From: Perkinsus chesapeaki ATCC PRA-425 | Taxonomy: Eukaryota > Protista > Perkinsozoa | Assembly: GCA_013115145.1 (NCBI GenBank) | Contig: JAAPAO010000041.1 | Coordinates: 1 to 64,000 of the forward strand | Length of the DNA: 64,000 bases | Direction of reading: 5' to 3' | Part shown: piece after piece, positions 59,526 to 64,000 of the stretch | Layout: each line of letters begins with the position of its first letter | Position numbering within the stretch: position 1 is the first letter of the stretch | The notes under the pieces: model-generated | Seen by the model: the letters and a program-made list of their open reading frames with translations, nothing else | The model's database searches: none | Told to the model about the DNA's origin: nothing | Program-made: the position numbers and the translations under genes

Positions 59526-62500
59526 ATGTCAATAGCGGCTGGCCTACGAGAGATAGTAGACAGGTTGAATGGACATCCCTTTAATATGGGAATGTCGCTA
59601 ATACAGTTCGATGAGCTATCACCGTAATGACGTTCAGATGAGATGTGATGCTGTATCTTTCACTTCCCTAAGAGAACCGACCCTTCGTTGCGCGGACAAT
59701 ATCTTGCCGTCGTCCAACAGTTGTCTCCATCCGCTGTAATATAGGCGAGTTTCAGGTACGATCTGTTGCTACTAGTCAATAAGGTTATTATTACGTTGGA
59801 CGCGAAACATAAAGTAAGTGGGTTATCCATGCTGTTCTGAGCTCTCTATGCCAACAAGTGTAGGTCGATATGGAGAATGAAAAAATCGATGCAACTTACC
59901 AACGTATGACAGAGTTCATCAGCGTGCTTGGATATCCCAGCGACTATGGCCAGTAACGGACGCCCTACCGTGTTTGTCACCCTAGTATCTATCTTGGGGT
60001 AGATCCTTTCGGGATGGCTTCATCAAGGGCGACAAACGGGTCCTCCATCCCATTCTATATTGGCTCCTAATCAACCTATCGCAGTTGAAGGAACGGGCTT
60101 ATTTGGCAAGGTGCGTACTTATCTCGTTGATCACGTGCCAATCTGCTATTATTGCAGAGATGGTTTAATATGGAATAGGTACCTTGTCGATTTTGGGGTC
60201 CCACAAGAGTTCATGCAAGATGTGGGTGTCGCTGAGATGTATGGTAAATTTAAAGAGCTCCAGTCGACTTTCAAGGTAAGGGTCTCTAAGCTGGACCCAG
60301 ATGACCTGTTAAGGCGACACATTCGGCGTTACAACAACAAAAGGCGACAGCGGTACTTCCTAAAGATCTCCGGCGTGATATACAGCAGCTGAGTGTCGAG
60401 AAAGATCAACTAGTGGTGAAGATTAAGTGTAGACTGGGATCAGATTACCTTACCTTGAGGAGCTTTCATCTATCCTATCAGCCTTCAAAAACCGTACTTC
60501 TGGCAACCCTGACTTCAGTGCACTTCTTGAAGTAACTTCAAAGCTTCGGAATGAACAGGAGGAAGAGGTACTTACTCTTGGTTACCCTACTTAACCACCT
60601 TCACTCACTTTACCTACGTTACCTTACTATTTCGACATACCGACACGTTCGCAAGCCCGTAGTGCGTGGTGGTGTTAGGCTCGGCTTAGTGAACAATACA
60701 GGCAACAGAAGCATCAGCTAGAACAGGCTGAGAACTTCCATCAAGCGGCGAGTCAGAGGCTACAGGAGATGCGCCAGGCACGGGAGGAGGCTGAAGAGAA
60801 TCCAGGGCGAATGCTGGAGGTACTGGTAGTGAACAGGAGGGGCCTTTGGTAGCCTTGGGAAACAGGTCATTCGTAGTGATGTGGAAACTACAGGAGCTCG
60901 GCTGCAACAGATGACATCTGATCATGGTATACTTTGCCAAGAACTGGATGCTGCTGAGAGGCAGCTTAGCGTTCCTAATGTGAGCTAGCGGCTATCATGC
61001 TGATGCCGAGGTAATTTCGCAGATCGATGAGGAGACACTACTCGACGCCGAGGAAAAACTATCAGAGCTCCAAGATGAAGTAGATTCCATGGAGAACAGT
61101 CTCAAGAGCCAGCTTCAAGTGAGGATGCCTATACAAGGCGGACCATAAGTTGAATGTCTCTGATGTCGTGTCAGGCGCAGGCATCACTTGATAGTAAAAA
61201 CGCTAGCGGCGGGCTTCAAGTAATTAGGATGGTTGTTAATTGAATTGACTGACCAGAATACAGGTATATAGGCAACAGGCCCAGCTGGTAGCTAAGAAAC
61301 ACGAGGCATTATCAAAGAGGGTAGAGGCCATCGAGGTAGAGAGGAACTCGGCAGCTTTTGAATTGGAGCAACTGGAAGCTGACTATGAACAGCGAACAGG
61401 ACATCGGTAATATTGGGGACCTTTAGGGTGAGTTATCTCCTCGTTTTTACAAGATATCTTCACCGTGAGGAATTCAAGGAGTACGCAGCGACACTGCGAG
61501 ACAAAACCAATAAGTTTAAGTTGGCAAAGAACGAAGTGCAGACCCTGAGGTCCGAAGTGTCTATATTGAAGAGGACGGAACAGCTGCTGAATGAAAGGTG
61601 AGGCTATCGGGGCTAGTGGGCAACATAGCGGACTTGCAGGCTTGGCAATGCTGTCGGACAGCTACGGAGTGTCGAGGAGCAATATGGTGTTGTCGGGCAT
61701 GATGAACTAGAGTCAAGGCTGATGGAGGTAAGAATAATAACTGTGGATGGTCGTGATTGGGAGACAGGCCTCGGAAGCTAAGTCGATAGCCGACTCGAAA
61801 AAAGGGACACAGATGGAGGAAATATCTGCATTGGTGACAAAGATCAACTTCTTACTTCGTGAGAAAAAGAACGAACTGGCCCCTAGCATTAAGGTAGGTT
61901 CTACGGAAATGGAGAATTACTCAACTGCCGCAGATTCTTAGAGCAAAGAGAGAAGAGCTAGCGGAGGCAGAGGGGGTGTACTTAACTAAGAGAACGGAGT
62001 AGTTGCCCGGATTGTAGATTGATAGGTGCCAATTTTTCGAAGGTACGAAGCAGTGGAAGCAGATCTTAGCAAGGATGTAATGGAACGGAGAAGTGTTGTA
62101 AACAAATTGCTTGAAGAGACCGAATCACTAAGGAGCCGAGCAGAAGAAATCAAATTACGAACTATAGCGTATCGAGTCATCACCGCCCACATTTCCACTA
62201 GGCTCCATTCACAGGACGGATGCTCTAATTGATCGAGCTGAGCGTGAAGGTAAATGCCTAAGCGGCCAAGCCAGGTTCTCGGAGGAGTACCCGTCCTTGA
62301 GCTCGGCATACACGGCCAGGATTGGGGAGTTGGAACAGGTAAGCTCCGTTCACTGAATTCCGGCTTAATTGGTCAGGGTTGCCATGCTTCGCGGAAGCAA
62401 CAAGCCGATGTACAAAACTCATACGACTGGCGAATGCATCAGAAGCAGCTGTTTCAGCGATTGAACCGTTTGCTTGAAGTCATATTACATTTATAAAGTG

Positions 62501-62625
62501 ATATTTATTATTGTGTCCAGATGAAGCTACGGTCAGTAGAGTCATCATCGGTAGAGGTTGAGGGTCCAGGGCATGTAGAGCACCTAGCTCAAGGAGTTAA
62601 TCGCCTCGTTATTGAGGGCAATTGA
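59526..62625 (+). CDS. IFT81: Intraflagellar transport protein 81
   Basis: CH domain MSIAAGLREIVDRLNGHPFNMGMSLIQFDELSP..RMTEFISVLGY..FRDGFIKGDKRVLHPILYWLL..LKERAYLARYLV; coiled coils with EEFKEYAATLRDKTNKFK, NELAPSIK.LR; ends GVNRLVIEGN* at 62623-62625. Confidence 0.92.
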
Positions 62626-62955
62626 TAGTGTGGCATGAGTTCCTTGTTTATTCATTTCCCGTGCACATTCTGTGTTGTATCGTTAGTTGTCACATTACCT
62701 TGCTTTACTCAACACACTTTCAAATTGAATATAGTAACAAATATGGCAAGTTCTCCCTAGCTAGGATGGGATGGCCTTAACCAGCAACGATCACAGCAAC
62801 GTGCAGTCTCGGGAGACATAAGCATGTTCATCCTATTCTTACTGCATCCATCACATACAGCCTGATATCGATATAGCAGCGCTGGGGCAAGCTCCGGCTT
62901 ACATTGCCGCAACTATAACAGTTGTGCCGTGAAAGTAGTCTGTGTGCTTCAGACT

Positions 62956-64000
62956 TCAATACGGAGTTCCATAGGAAGTCTGATCCACAGCAAGAGCAGC
63001 AAGCACTGGCAGATTGAGGTGTCCATAACGGAGTTCTCCCCCGGTGTTTGGGGTCAGTGGCGACGAGGGCTGCGAGCTGCTTGATTGCCTATGAGAACAC
63101 TCTTCCTTCGTGATAGTTGCTCTAGAGTTACCATATAATATGAGCGTCCAAAGTGATCATGTAGCATACCTGGCTGGAGCTGAACTTGCTGGAGACCACA
63201 CCAATCTCTTGGAACGTAAGAGCATCGATTGCAGCCATCACGACGGTATATGTGGATAACTTTGCCCGGAACTCGGAGCTCGCTGGCGTGATGCAATGGC
63301 TCGACTTGCGAAATATCAGGGGGGACGTCGTGTATGCTCGACAAGCCTTCAACGGCATCATCTGTTGGCATAGATATATAAAATCATCAACACATTAGGT
63401 CCGACCTAAAACTTGCGCTTCTGCACGCTCAGCAGCCCAACGCCATGGACGACCAACAGCAGCCGTTACGCCAGAGAAGAACGAACCTAGCGTATCAGAC
63501 CATGCCCGACTGCCGTTTGATTGAGGACTGAGATCTGGGTATTCCGCTTCGGGATGCCGATGATCACTGGGAATGGATCCACTAGCTTCGGCCGTTACCT
63601 AATGAAGGTTCACACAAATGATGCTATACACAGTAATTTACCATTATAGCATCACCATCATCTGTGTGAGCGTGATCACGTCGCCTCTTTAGTTGGGTAA
63701 GCCGTTTGATGTCCCTTAAGGCTGCCGCGTCTTCGGCTAGGTACTGCCTTGTTCGTGCAACGCTTGTGGGGTCAGCAAGTCGTTCGATAAGTTTTCTTGC
63801 ATTGTGCACCGATGCTCTCGGTACCATATCATCCCGATTGACAACGGAGATCACTCCAAGCCTCTCAGCTGCAGAGGCAAGTGTCTCGTCCATACAGGCA
63901 GGAGACCCAAACCCGACACATCTGAACCAAAATGTTGCTAGCTATCCCTTGGAGCGGCAGTGCTGCTCACGTAAGTGTATCGCAGTTTGTCATGACATCT
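62956..64000 (-). CDS. Class-3 (DAG-lipase-like) lipase, 3' part, continues beyond the window
   Basis: LASAAERLGVISVVNRDDMVPRAS (catalytic Asp region), LRVPGKVIHIY, GMLHDHFGRSY (catalytic His region); last exon AIKQLAAL...YGTPY* ends at 62956. Confidence 0.75.

Overview
Eukaryotic, gene-dense window with many short (~40-70 nt) GT-AG introns. Gene content (ApiAP2-type AP2 domains, Mei2-like RRM, class VI-like myosin, IFT81) points to an alveolate, most like Perkinsus (inference, not a database hit). Gene models were spliced by eye, so boundaries are approximate. Order: a partial unknown gene, an intronless secreted-type ORF, a minus-strand membrane-protein gene, then a ~56 kb almost entirely + strand array: intronless acetate kinase with a presequence, PUS7/TruD, a TPR protein, a structured ncRNA candidate, a coiled-coil protein, a myosin, two tandem paralogues of a bacterial-like putative macro-fold protein (one cytosolic, one with signal peptide, Thr stalk and acidic repeats), importin alpha, small membrane/PAM2 proteins, a centrin with a large insert, a CCDC81/HU-like segment running into a divergent dynein heavy chain with a degenerate AAA1 site, a 3xAP2 factor, ERCC1, an intronless Mei2-like protein and IFT81. 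A class-3 lipase converges from the right edge. Best leads: the macro-like paralogue pair (25.4-29.2 kb), the AAA1-dead dynein with a HU-like N-terminal segment (37.4-53.8 kb) and the ~300 nt structured RNA (12.2-12.5 kb).
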